From contig CAWIBO010000002.1 of assembly GCA_963834385.1 (NCBI GenBank), forward strand, positions 192,001 to 256,000: a DNA stretch of 64,000 nt, read 5' to 3'. How positions within the stretch are numbered: the stretch's first letter is position 1; each line of letters starts with the position of its first letter. The position numbers and the translations under genes were made by a program. The notes beneath the pieces are model-generated. The model had not been told where the DNA came from, ran no database searches, and was given only the letters and a program-made list of their open reading frames with translations. Below are positions 42,298 through 52,216 of the stretch, in pieces. Source of the stretch: an uncultured Verrucomicrobiae bacterium. GTDB taxonomy: Bacteria > Verrucomicrobiota > Verrucomicrobiia > Chthoniobacterales > UBA10450.

Positions 42298-43808
42298 TTG
42301 TGCTCCGCCAGGATGGAAGGGAGGTCGAGGGCCGGTTCTTTTTCGCAGGCTGCCTTGACGTCGTCCCGTTTGATCTTCCCGCGCGAGGTCCGCGGGATCT
42401 CGGCCACGACCCACCAGCGCGACGGCATTTTGTGCTCAGCCAGCTCCTCCCGCATGCGCGTGTGCAAGGCCCGGATCGTTTCGTCACGGCGATCGGCCAG
42501 AACCACCGCCATGCCCACGCTCTGGCCGTAGATGGGATCGTCGAGGGCAAAGGCGCACACGTCGGAAGCGCCTTCAAAGCGCTCCACCACGGCGTCGATA
42601 TCGGAAGGATAAATCTTCATCCCGCCCTTGTTGATCTCGTCGCGTTCACGCCCGCGCAGGACCAGCCGGCCCTGCTCATCCTGGAAGCCGATGTCGCCGG
42701 TCATGAACCAACCGTCCACCACCGCCTTTGACGTCAGGTCGTCCCGCTCGAAATAGCCTTTCATCAGCGCGGGCGTGTTCAGCCAGACGAAGCCCGCCTC
42801 GCCCGGCGCGCAGATGTCTTCCGGGCGGAGCGGCCCATCGGTTCTATCCGTGCGCAGAATTCGGATGACCGCGCCCCAGCCTCCACCGATCAAACCGTCC
42901 TCGGCGGCGACGTCCGCCTGATCGAGGCCGGCGACCCAACTCCCGGTCTCGGTGATCCCGTAGGCGTTGCAGACCTGACGCGTGCCGGTCCACTTGCGAA
43001 TATCCTCCCAGATCGCGGCGGAAAGCGGCGCGGAGCCGCAATGCACGCGCTGGAGCGTTTTCTTTTGCGGGGGCCGGGCCAGCTTCAGTGCCAGCTTCCA
43101 GATCGCCGGCACGGACGACATGAAAGTGATCTCGTGCTCATCGAGCACCGCGCCGAGCTTCATCACCAGTTCTGGCCGGAACGGGGGCGAGATATAGAGG
43201 TCGTGGCCGGAGAGCCAGGGGAACAAACAATTGCAAATAAGGCCGTGACCGAAATGCGTCGGCAGCATGCAAAGCGACCGGGCAAAGGCCGGGTCGGGCA
43301 AATGGTCGCGCAATCCCGTCCAACGCGCCCGCAACGAGCGATGGGTGTGGACCACCCCCTTGGGCTGGCCGGTTGAGCCCGAGGTGAACAGGATCAGGGC
43401 ATCATCATCGAGGCGCGCCGCGGCGGCTTCCTCCGGGTTCCCACCGATCTCGGTGGTCTGGACCACGCGCACCCCGGCGGTCTCGAGCGCCGTGATGAGG
43501 TTCTCCGGCGTGGCCTCGTCCATGACGGCCACCCTGGGTCGGGCGGTCCGGGCCAGGTTCTCCACCTCGAACGCAGTCAGCCGCGAATCCACCGGGACCG
43601 CGCACCCGCCCAGGCGCCAGACCGCGAGCAGCTCGGCGAAAAACTCGAGCCGGTTGCCAAACGGGAGAAAAACCCGGTCGCCCGCGCCCAACCCGAGCGC
43701 CCGATAACGGGCCACGCGTTTCCCGGTTTGGAGAGCAATCTCCGCCGGTTCCCAGCGGCGGCTGCCAAACGGCTCGATCAAAGCCCCGACTTTCAGATCC
43801 AGAAACAT
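42294..43808 (-). CDS. AMP-binding adenylation enzyme (acyl-CoA / acyl-ACP ligase)
   Basis: FTSGSTGQPKG, YGITE, TGDIG, GRERDEINKGG, PRTSRGK. Confidence 0.93.
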   Translation of the reverse strand: MFLDLKVGALIEPFGSRRWEPAEIALQTGKRVARYRALGLGAGDRVFLPFGNRLEFFAELLAVWRLGGCAVPVDSRLTAFEVENLARTARPRVAVMDEATPENLITALETAGVRVVQTTEIGGNPEEAAAARLDDDALILFTSGSTGQPKGVVHTHRSLRARWTGLRDHLPDPAFARSLCMLPTHFGHGLICNCLFPWLSGHDLYISPPFRPELVMKLGAVLDEHEITFMSSVPAIWKLALKLARPPQKKTLQRVHCGSAPLSAAIWEDIRKWTGTRQVCNAYGITETGSWVAGLDQADVAAEDGLIGGGWGAVIRILRTDRTDGPLRPEDICAPGEAGFVWLNTPALMKGYFERDDLTSKAVVDGWFMTGDIGFQDEQGRLVLRGRERDEINKGGMKIYPSDIDAVVERFEGASDVCAFALDDPIYGQSVGMAVVLADRRDETIRALHTRMREELAEHKMPSRWWVVAEIPRTSRGKIKRDDVKAACEKEPALDLPSILAEHK

Positions 43809-43824
43809 GAAGCGCGCTACCTAG

Positions 43825-45204
43825 TCAGGAGAGGCCGATCAGTCCAACGAAAAAGTGCAGCCGGTCCAGGAACCGGGCTGGATCCTTTTCCGACCAGATG
43901 TGGATGATGCTGAAAAAGGTCCAGACGCCAAAGATGGCGCGCGCTTTCCGAAAAAGGGTGGGTGAGGGGGTGGCCCGGCCTCGTGCCTGTTCGCGGAGCA
44001 TGGAGACGCAGATGCCGGCGGCGAGGAGGAGACAGTAGAACATGCGCGACTGCAGGGTGGCCCACATGGCGGCAAAATTTGCCGTGGCAAGCGCGGCATC
44101 GAGCGCGAGCCAGTGGTAATAGGTGTTCCCGACAAAAGCGGCCATGAAGACCGCCGCACAAATGCGAACGCGGGGAGAGGTTTTGAAATGCCGGGTGTAG
44201 GTCGGAAAAAAGAAAAAGTTCACCAGCAGTTCCTTGAAGTAATAGTAATAGCGGTTCCAGAACTCGATCACGGTCTGCGCGAGCAGGGGCCGATAGGTGT
44301 TGCGGAAGACCTGGAACCCGGCCAGGCGCAGCCAGCCGATGATGATGTGACCTTTCATGGCCAGGATCAGAACGGTCCAGACCAGCTCGGCGTAAAGCGC
44401 CACCCAGCAGACGCCCCGGGAATATCCGCCGTCAAACATCTCGCCCAGGCGCGGAAGGTCGAGGGAAAAGGGAAGGAGCGGCTGGAACGGCCCGGGTTCG
44501 CCGAAGACCACACTTTTCATCAGCCGACTCACCAGCCACCAGAGTCCGGCGAGGCCGAAGAGCTTGATCCCGGCCAGCTGGGCCCGGGCGAGGCCGGCCG
44601 TGTCCCGCGCCTCGTTGGCACTCAAATAATCCCATCCTTTTCCGTAGGGCGTGTCGCTCCCGCCCCAGACCGGGAACAGGTAAAAAAAATGGTCGCTGAA
44701 GGTGGTCAGAGCGATTTTGCCGCGTTGGGCGCTGGCCAGCATGTAGCCCAGGCGCCAGAGCAGAAAGGGCATCACCATGATCCAGCCCAGGAAAAGGGTG
44801 ACGAGGAGGGGCGAGGTCGGGCGCCAGAACCAGAATCCCACCGTCCCGGCCCAGAAAAGCGCGTGCAAACAAATCTGCGGATGACGTTTGGCCCAGACCG
44901 GCCAAAGGGCGAACCGCCGTGCGGCGAGGTAAACCAGGTAAACAAACGCGAGGAGCAGCAACGGCAGCAAAAGGACGGCGGCGGGCGCCCATGCCAGCCC
45001 GGCCCGCGCGGTCCCCTCCTGCAGCTCGGCGAGCGGGTGCCGAAAGAGAACCACGATGCCGGCGGCGGCGAGGATCAAACGACGGCGCCGGGGCGCGAGC
45101 CAGCCCAGCAAAGGTCCGAAACAAGCCTGCCACCAGGCCACCAGCGCGGGGGCCTCGTGCCAGTTCGCCATCCTGCCCCACCGCGATCCGGGCGATGTCT
45201 CCAT
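43825..45204 (-). CDS. Divergent MBOAT-family membrane acyltransferase (DltB/AlgI-like)
   Basis: Polytopic membrane protein; GFQVFRNTYRPLLAQTVIEFWNRYY matches the MBOAT N-F-x-x-P...EFW-x-RW motif; downstream His in GNTYYHW. Confidence 0.75.
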   Translation of the reverse strand: METSPGSRWGRMANWHEAPALVAWWQACFGPLLGWLAPRRRRLILAAAGIVVLFRHPLAELQEGTARAGLAWAPAAVLLLPLLLLAFVYLVYLAARRFALWPVWAKRHPQICLHALFWAGTVGFWFWRPTSPLLVTLFLGWIMVMPFLLWRLGYMLASAQRGKIALTTFSDHFFYLFPVWGGSDTPYGKGWDYLSANEARDTAGLARAQLAGIKLFGLAGLWWLVSRLMKSVVFGEPGPFQPLLPFSLDLPRLGEMFDGGYSRGVCWVALYAELVWTVLILAMKGHIIIGWLRLAGFQVFRNTYRPLLAQTVIEFWNRYYYYFKELLVNFFFFPTYTRHFKTSPRVRICAAVFMAAFVGNTYYHWLALDAALATANFAAMWATLQSRMFYCLLLAAGICVSMLREQARGRATPSPTLFRKARAIFGVWTFFSIIHIWSEKDPARFLDRLHFFVGLIGLS

Positions 45205-45290
45205 CTAAGGCCGGGCGCCCCTGCGTTTGCTACTCATGAGGGCGCACGGTATGAAAGACGCCTTCCCCCGGCAAGGCCGGCCACCCCGTA

Positions 45291-47769
45291 ATGCCTGACT
45301 TTTCCTCGAGCACGCTGGCGCAATTCGTCGACCGGAACCGTCGTGCCCTGCGTCCGATCATGCTGGGCGCCATCCCGCTGGCGCTTTTGCTCTGCGGGGT
45401 GCGCTCGCTTGCGCCGGAGCAGGCGGAGGAACGTTACGGACAGAAACAGGTGCTTGAGACCCCGCGGTTTCGCACCGTGGTGGTGCTGCTCGACAGCCTG
45501 GGCACGCCGATGGCGTTCAATCCGGACCTGATGCCTTTCGTCAGCTCGCTCCGGCAAAGCTCGCTTTACGGGGAGGCCACGGCCTGCCCGGGCAAAGCCA
45601 CGTTCCCCTGTGTGAAGAGCATTTTCGAGGGTCGCACCGCCACCACCGGGACCACCCTGCAGGATTTCTCAGCCGTCGCCTCGAACCGCACCACCTGGCC
45701 GGCTTCCGTCGCCGCCCTCGGCCACCGCGTTGTCGTCACCTCCGACCACACCATCAACCGGCTCTACCCCGACGCCTTCACCCACTCGATGAATTACGAG
45801 GATCTCGACGGCGTCCCGATCCTCGAGCGTGATGCACGCGCCTACCAGCGCGCCCGCAAATGGCTGGCCGATCCGCGGAACGACGTTTTCCTCCTGCACA
45901 TCATCGGGACCGACAAGGTCTCGCACGACTATGAGGTTAACGGCCCGGTCTACCGCAAAAAGTTTCGCGAAGCCGATGATTTCGTGCGGGAAGTGGCGGG
46001 GAAACTCGGGCCCGACGATTACCTTTTCGTCATTGGCGACCATGGGCACAACCAGCTCGGGGGCCACACGCTTGATGCCGCCTATCTGGCGCAGGGGCCG
46101 CTTTTTCCCCGCGGTCGCGAGGCAAAGCTCGATGCGCCTGATCTGCTTTTTCTTTTGAGCGCGCCTTACGGGCTGACTTTGCCGAAGGAATACGAGGGGC
46201 AGATCCGGACCGATCTGCTGCTCCTGCCGGAAGAGACTCGCCTGCGCTATCTCCGGGCGCAGGCGCGGCTCTGGCAGATGCCGGTCGCCGGTGAATCGGC
46301 CGAGGCGCTGGAAGCGCGCCTGAACGAGCGCATCGCGCGGGCCCGGGTGATCGGGAAACGCGAGCACATGCTCGAGGTCGTCCGGGCTGTCGCGCCTTGG
46401 CTGGTCGTCGGCGCGATTTTTTTGATCGCGATGCTGAAGCCGCGCGAGACGCGTCCGCCCGCCTTTGCCGCAGGCGATGCCCTGGCGGCCGGGTTGCTCG
46501 GACTGGGCGTGGTGATCGGGCTGTCGGGGTCCGTGCTTCGGCGCGATCCCGGCCGGCGCGGCGGTGCTCTGGATGTCGTGTCGCCGCCTGGGGATCGCCC
46601 GGACCGCCGGCGCGCTCGTTCTGCTCGCCGGTTTGCTGGTTCTGATCTTCTGGGTCCTGCCTTCCGGGCTGCGCTGGTATCATCAGCGGCGCAATCAGCC
46701 GCTCACGTTCGCCATCTTCTATCCGCTCGCGACTCTGGCCGGGGTTCTTGTGACCTGGATGATCGGGGCGCCCTCGTGGCGGCAGCATCTCGCGCGCATT
46801 CTCTGGACGGTGGGGCTGTGCGTCTGGCTCTTCGCCTTTTTTGGTCCCTATGCCTATGCCCTCACCGGCCAGGGCTCGCGCATTGTTCTGGCCGGTTTTG
46901 TGCCCGCGGCCATCATCCTCGCGGGCGGGTTCCGCGCCATTTTCGCCCGGCCGACTCTCCTTCTCCTCGGGCTGGCGCCGCTGGTGGCCTTCAACACCGA
47001 GTCGTTCAACGTCAAATATCGCCTGATGGACGCGTTCACCGCGCTCCCGTTCCTCGTCAACGTGGTCGTCTGCACGCTCGTCGGGCTGCTCTGGGCGCGC
47101 GTGGTCTGGATCATCCGGAGCGATCGCAACGATCTGCGGCACTGGAGCGCGGCGGTCGCTGGAGTACTGGCCTGGATCCTGGTGGGCCGCCTCTTCTTCG
47201 AGTTCGAGAGCGGCAAGATCCTCGGCTGTCTTATGGCGGGACTGTTTCTCGTCGGCGCCTTTGAGATGTTCCGCCGCGTCGGGCTGCCCCTGAGCTGGTC
47301 CGCTCTGGTTGGCGTTCTCGTCCTGTTCGCGACTTTTCACTTTGTCGTGAACGGCTTTGCTTTGAGCCACGTCGATTTCCGGTTTACCGCGAACAAGATC
47401 ATCCCCTTCGAGCGGGAACTTTGGCGCGCGGTGCAGCAGATCGCCTGGACTGTGGTGAAGTATCTTTTCATTCTGCTCCCGGTTCTCACCGTTTATTTCA
47501 TCGCGCCGCCGCGCCTGGCCCTGGCGGAACAACTTCTGCAATTCGGTTGGTGGCGTCAGCTTCTCGTGATCGTGAGCGCGCTGGGTCTTTCCTTCTTTGA
47601 TCCGCGCGGGGTTAACGAACTCGCGAGCGAGGAGATCTACTTCTGGACGTTCCTCAACGGCGTCCTCTTTGCCTTTTGCGTGCTCCGGCTCGCGGTGGGC
47701 CGGAAACGAATAGGGCCGCAGCCCGGTCTGCGGGAGGAACCAGCCGCGGTCCCGCTGGTCGCGGGCTAA
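45291..47769 (+). CDS. Alkaline-phosphatase-superfamily membrane enzyme resembling GPI ethanolamine-phosphate transferases (frameshift near 46530)
   Basis: N-terminal TM, LLDSLG, ATFP nucleophile region, LHIIGTDKVSH, GDHGH...GGH, followed by a large multi-TM C-terminus (ORF 46564-47769). Confidence 0.75.
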
Positions 47770-48104
47770 CCCGGGGGCCAGGCCAGGGCGCGTTTCCCCA
47801 GCACGTGGACGTGCAGGTGCGGCACGCTCTCGCCCGCATCCGGACCGTTGTTGATCACGACCCGGTAGCCGCCCGGCATGAGGTTGAGCTTGTCCGCCAC
47901 CTCACGCGCCGCCAGCAGAAGTTTCCCGAGAAGGGGACCGTCGCTTTCCTTCGCCTCGGCCAGGCGCGGGAGAACGCGTTTCGGCACCACCAGCACATGG
48001 ACGGGCGCCTGCGGGTTGACGTCGTGAAAAGCGAGGACGTCGTCGGTCTCGAGCACGATTTCCGCCGGGATCTCGCGCGCCGCGATCTTCTCAAAAATGG
48101 TCAT
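47766..48104 (-). CDS. hinT: Histidine triad nucleotide-binding protein
   Basis: TIFEKI, DVNPQAPVHVLV, VPHLHVHVLG. Confidence 0.92.
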   Translation of the reverse strand: MTIFEKIAAREIPAEIVLETDDVLAFHDVNPQAPVHVLVVPKRVLPRLAEAKESDGPLLGKLLLAAREVADKLNLMPGGYRVVINNGPDAGESVPHLHVHVLGKRALAWPPG

Positions 48105-48127
48105 GGTAGACGATAGCGTCGCGGCAG

Positions 48128-48688
48128 TTAACGCAACGAGCAATTGAGTTCCGCCAGGCCTTCCGTAACGGCCAGCCGTTCCCGGATAAAAACAATGATC
48201 TCGTCGCGCAATCCTTCGCAGGCGCGCGTCCAGACCTTGACCCCGCGCAGGTGCTTCACGCAGGGAACGAGGTCGAAAAGCTGCACGCGGGTGGTGCCGG
48301 TGCCGGCGAGGGCGGAGAGGCGGCGCTCCAGGCCCTCAAAGAAAGCCAGCTCGTAACCGTCTCCCGCTTCGGCCGCGAGCTCGAAAAGCGAGATGGTCAG
48401 GGGCGGCGGGGCCGGCTGGAAGAAGGGAACGATTTCCTTGTAACCGATCACCTTGAGGACGTAGCGGACCGTCTGGGAGAGCTGTTTGAACGCGACCACG
48501 TTCTCGTCGTTTCGCAGGCGCAGGTAAAAGGCGATGCTTTCCGTGACGTGATCGGTCAGCCACCAGCTCGGGTAACCGGCCTCGTCCGCGGCACGGGTGA
48601 TGGCCGCGCGCAGCCAGTTGCGATCGAACTCGAAGAGGAGCCCGGAGTCGCAGCGCAGATACGGGAACTCTTCCTTAAACGCGACCAT
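48128..48688 (-). CDS. Hypothetical protein coupled to nrdR
   Basis: Start overlaps the nrdR end; protein-like composition. Confidence 0.75.
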   Translation of the reverse strand: MVAFKEEFPYLRCDSGLLFEFDRNWLRAAITRAADEAGYPSWWLTDHVTESIAFYLRLRNDENVVAFKQLSQTVRYVLKVIGYKEIVPFFQPAPPPLTISLFELAAEAGDGYELAFFEGLERRLSALAGTGTTRVQLFDLVPCVKHLRGVKVWTRACEGLRDEIIVFIRERLAVTEGLAELNCSLR

Positions 48689-49226
48689 GAGCGGGTTGTT
48701 CGGCGGCGGCGGCGGCCGGCTGTTGATCCGGGGCAGGGGCGGCGGGGAAGAGTTCGCGCTGGAGCGAACTGTTTTTCACGCGCCGCCCGAGTTGCTGAAT
48801 GGCGTCGGCGAATTCGCCCGCATCCTCGAAGCGGCGATGCACCGAGGCGTAACGGAGATAGGCCACCTCGTCGAGGTCGCGCAATTTCTCCAGCACCTTG
48901 GTGCCGATGAGCGATGAGGGCACTTCGCGGCCGGTCACCTCGAGCTCGTGCACGATCTCGTCCACCGCGTGCTCGAGGGTGACCAGGCTGATGGAACGTT
49001 TCTCGCAGGCCTTGGCCAGGCTGTTCACGAGTTTGCGCCGGTCAAACTGTTCATGGGTGCGGTCGCGTTTGACCACCCGCAGGTCGGTCCGCTCGATTTG
49101 TTCGTAGGTGGTGAAGCGGAAAGAGCATTGCAGACAGACCCGGCGCCGCCGGATATTGGCGCCGTCGCGCGACTGACGTGAATCAATCACCTTGTCGTCG
49201 CGAAAACCGCACTTGGGGCAACGCAT
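48675..49226 (-). CDS. nrdR: Transcriptional repressor NrdR
   Basis: MRCPKC...DSR...IRRRRVCLQC...RFTTYE zinc ribbon plus ATP-cone ending DEVAYLRYASV. Confidence 0.96.
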   Translation of the reverse strand: MRCPKCGFRDDKVIDSRQSRDGANIRRRRVCLQCSFRFTTYEQIERTDLRVVKRDRTHEQFDRRKLVNSLAKACEKRSISLVTLEHAVDEIVHELEVTGREVPSSLIGTKVLEKLRDLDEVAYLRYASVHRRFEDAGEFADAIQQLGRRVKNSSLQRELFPAAPAPDQQPAAAAAEQPAHGRV

Positions 49227-49363
49227 AGTGTTGCGAACCTTCGTAACACACAATCCCTTGTGGCGTCAACGGGTCATGACGGCTTTTCTCTGGCGACGCA
49301 GCTTGGGCCGATTTTCTGGACCAGGGCAGTTTTGCCAGCCCGGCAGTCCCCGGAGGGCACCTT

Positions 49364-52149
49364 CTACCGCGGCGGGAACTCGAACTCGGCTTTGTCCTTC
49401 TTCTGCGAGAGGATGAGGTGGGCGGCGAATTTGTTGCCGCGCTTGGAGACGAAGTCTTCGATCAAGGGTGATTTGCCGTCGTTGAGCAGCTCTTTCACCT
49501 CCTCGGGGCTGATCTCGTGCTGGCAAAGGTTTTTGCTCAGCTTGAAGACCTGGCGGTTGTCCTGGTCGGGCTTGCGCACGTAATAGGCGTCGCCCAGCTC
49601 GACCAGCTCGCCGCCGTGCACCTTGCTTTCCCCGATCACTTCCGCCTGGGAAAGATCGACCTTGGCCCGCGCCTTGCGCTCGATCGGTTTGCCATCCTTC
49701 CCGGTCTTCGGGGCGCGCGGCGGGAATTCCCAGCGGATGCGCGCATCTTCCCTCACCAGGAACGCGTCGAAAGGGCGGCCCTTCTTGGAAGTGAATCCCT
49801 TGAGCAGCTCCGTCTTGCCCTGCTCGATGAGCTGAATGGCCTGCTCGGGCGTGATCTCCTTTTTGCACATGAGGCGCGGGAGGCGGAAGGCCTGTTTCCA
49901 TTCGCCGTTCTCCTTCTCGCGCAAAACATAGTTCGGGCCCACCTGGCAAAGCTCCGCGCCGGTGGCGGGATCGGTCCAGAACGGCTCGACCGTGCCGAGA
50001 TCGACCTTGTCGCCGAAATCATACTCGACCTTGAACTTGCCGGTCTCCTCGTCCTTGACCAGGCGAAGGCTGGCGGCAAAAGAGGCGCGGGTCTTGGCCG
50101 AGATGAAACCGTCGAGCGGACCGACCACGCGTTTCTCGACCAGCTCACGGATCTCGTTTTCCTCCATGCGCCGGCCGCCGATGACCTTGTAGATCATGAA
50201 CTCGCCATCCTGCGACCGGTAACCGCGCAGCGTTTCCCGCAGCGGTTTGCCGTCGGTGGGCGAGGGGATGTCGGTCTCGCGCGCGACCGAGTCGTCTTCC
50301 TCGAACGCCTTGACGCGTTCCACGATGCCCCTGGTTTCCTCGACGATCTCGGCCATGAATTTTTCCCGCGAAAATTTGCCCTGTTCCATCTGGCGGAGCT
50401 GATGTTCCCATTCGCCGGTCATGGCCGGGCTGGTGATATCGGTCGCCTTCACCGCCTCAAGGAACTGGATGACCTGTTCCGCCTTGGAAGTGGGGACCAG
50501 CTCGCGCTGCTGGCGGTCGAGGTAGTTCTGGTAAATGAGACCGTCGATCGTTTCCGCGCGGGTGGCGGGTGTGCCGAGCCCGCGTTCCTTCATGGCCTCG
50601 GCCAGTTCCTCGTCCACGACCAGTTTCCCGGCCGTTTCCATGGCGGAAAGAAGCGTGGCCTCGGTGTAACGCGGCGGCGGTTTGGTCGCTTCGCCGTGCA
50701 GGGTGGCTTCGAGCGTCCGCGCTTTCCCGTCGTCCCCGGCGGTCAATGCCGGCAGTGTCTTGCTCGCGTCATCGTCCACCAGGCCGCGGCCATAGACTTC
50801 GAGCCAGCCGGGCGCGGTCAGCACCTTGCCCTCCGTCTTGAAGCGATGTTCGCCCACGGCGCTGATCCGGGTGGTGACGTCGAACTCCGCCATCGGATAG
50901 AAAATCGCGACGAACCGGCGCGCGATCATGTCGTAAATCTTGGCCTCGGCTTCATCGAGGTTCTTGCTCTCCGACGCGGTCGGGATGATGGCGAAGTGGT
51001 CGCTCGACCTGCGCGTTATTGAAGATGCGCTTGTTCGGCCGGACCCAGTTTTGCTCGAGCACGCGCCGGGCAAACTGGTCGAGCGGGGCGGCAAGGTTGC
51101 CGAGCGCCTCTTTCACCACGGGGAGATAATCCTCCGGGAGCGCCCGCGAATCGGTGCGCGGATAGGTGATCATCTTGTGCTTCTCGTAGAGCGCCTGCGC
51201 GATCTGCAGGGTGCGCTTGGCCGGGAAACCGAAGCGGCTGTTGGCCTCGCGCTGGAGAGTGGTGAGATCGTAAAGACGGGGGGCGATCTGCGTGCTGGCC
51301 TTTTTCTCCTCCGTGACGGTGGCGACCGGATGCCCGTCGCAGGCGGCGAGAACGGCCTCGGCGGCCGCCTTTTCCCAAAGCCGGTCGGCGCGATCGTGCT
51401 CGTCGCCCTCGTTCCTCTTGAAATCCGGGACGCTGGTAGGCGCCCTCGTATTGGCCCTGGGCGATCTCGAACTTCGCCGTGACCCGCCAGTAGTCGCGCG
51501 GCTGGAAATTCCGGATCTCGAGTTCCCGGGCGTAGACGATGGCGAGCGTGGGGGTCTGGACGCGGCCGACCGAGGCGACGTTGCGGGCGCGGGAACCGAA
51601 CATCCGCTTGGTCAGGGCGCGGGTGCCGTTGATACCGATGAGCCAGTCGGCCTCGCTGCGGGAGCGGGCGGCGTCAGACAACCCCTGCATCTCCTCGTCG
51701 TCGCGCAGATGGGCGAAGCCGTCGCGGATGGCCGCGGGCGTCATTGACTGGAGCCAGAGCCGTTTGACCGGGTGTTTGCTCTTCGCGAGCCGGCAAAGGT
51801 TTTTGAAGATCAGTTCGCCTTCGCGGCCGGCGTCGCAGGCGTTGATGACCGCTGAGACATCCTTGCGGGCGAGCAGTTTTTTCAGGTGAGCGAACTTGTC
51901 CTTCGCCTTCTCGGCTGGTTTCAGCTCGAACTTCTCGGGGATGATGGGAAGCGTCTCCAGGCGCCAGAAGCCGTACTTCTTCTTGTCGATATCCTCCGGC
52001 ATGAGCAGCTCGACGACGTGGCCGACGGCGGACGAGATGACGTATTCGTCGCTTTCGTAGTGGTCGCCTTTCTTCGGGATTTTGCCGAGGGCGCGGGCGA
52101 TATCGGCGGCCACGCTGGGTTTCTCAGCGATGACGAGGGTTTTGGACAT
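49364..52149 (-). CDS. topB: Type IA DNA topoisomerase, Topo III-like with C-terminal repeats (frameshifts near 51430 and 51005)
   Basis: [33 protein letters not shown] (catalytic Tyr), GLGTPATRA, and three GF(I/T/V)SK-like C-terminal repeats. Confidence 0.9.
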
Positions 52150-52216
52150 GGGAGGGAAGCGAAGTAGACCTCGCCGCGCCGGTTTGCAAGTTTTTCGCAG
52201 CCGGCGCCGGTCGTCT

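Noticed and set aside
42040..43808. NRPS/PKS secondary-metabolite cluster
   Set aside because: No condensation, ketosynthase or thioesterase domains; the partner is an MBOAT, fitting Dlt-like transfer.
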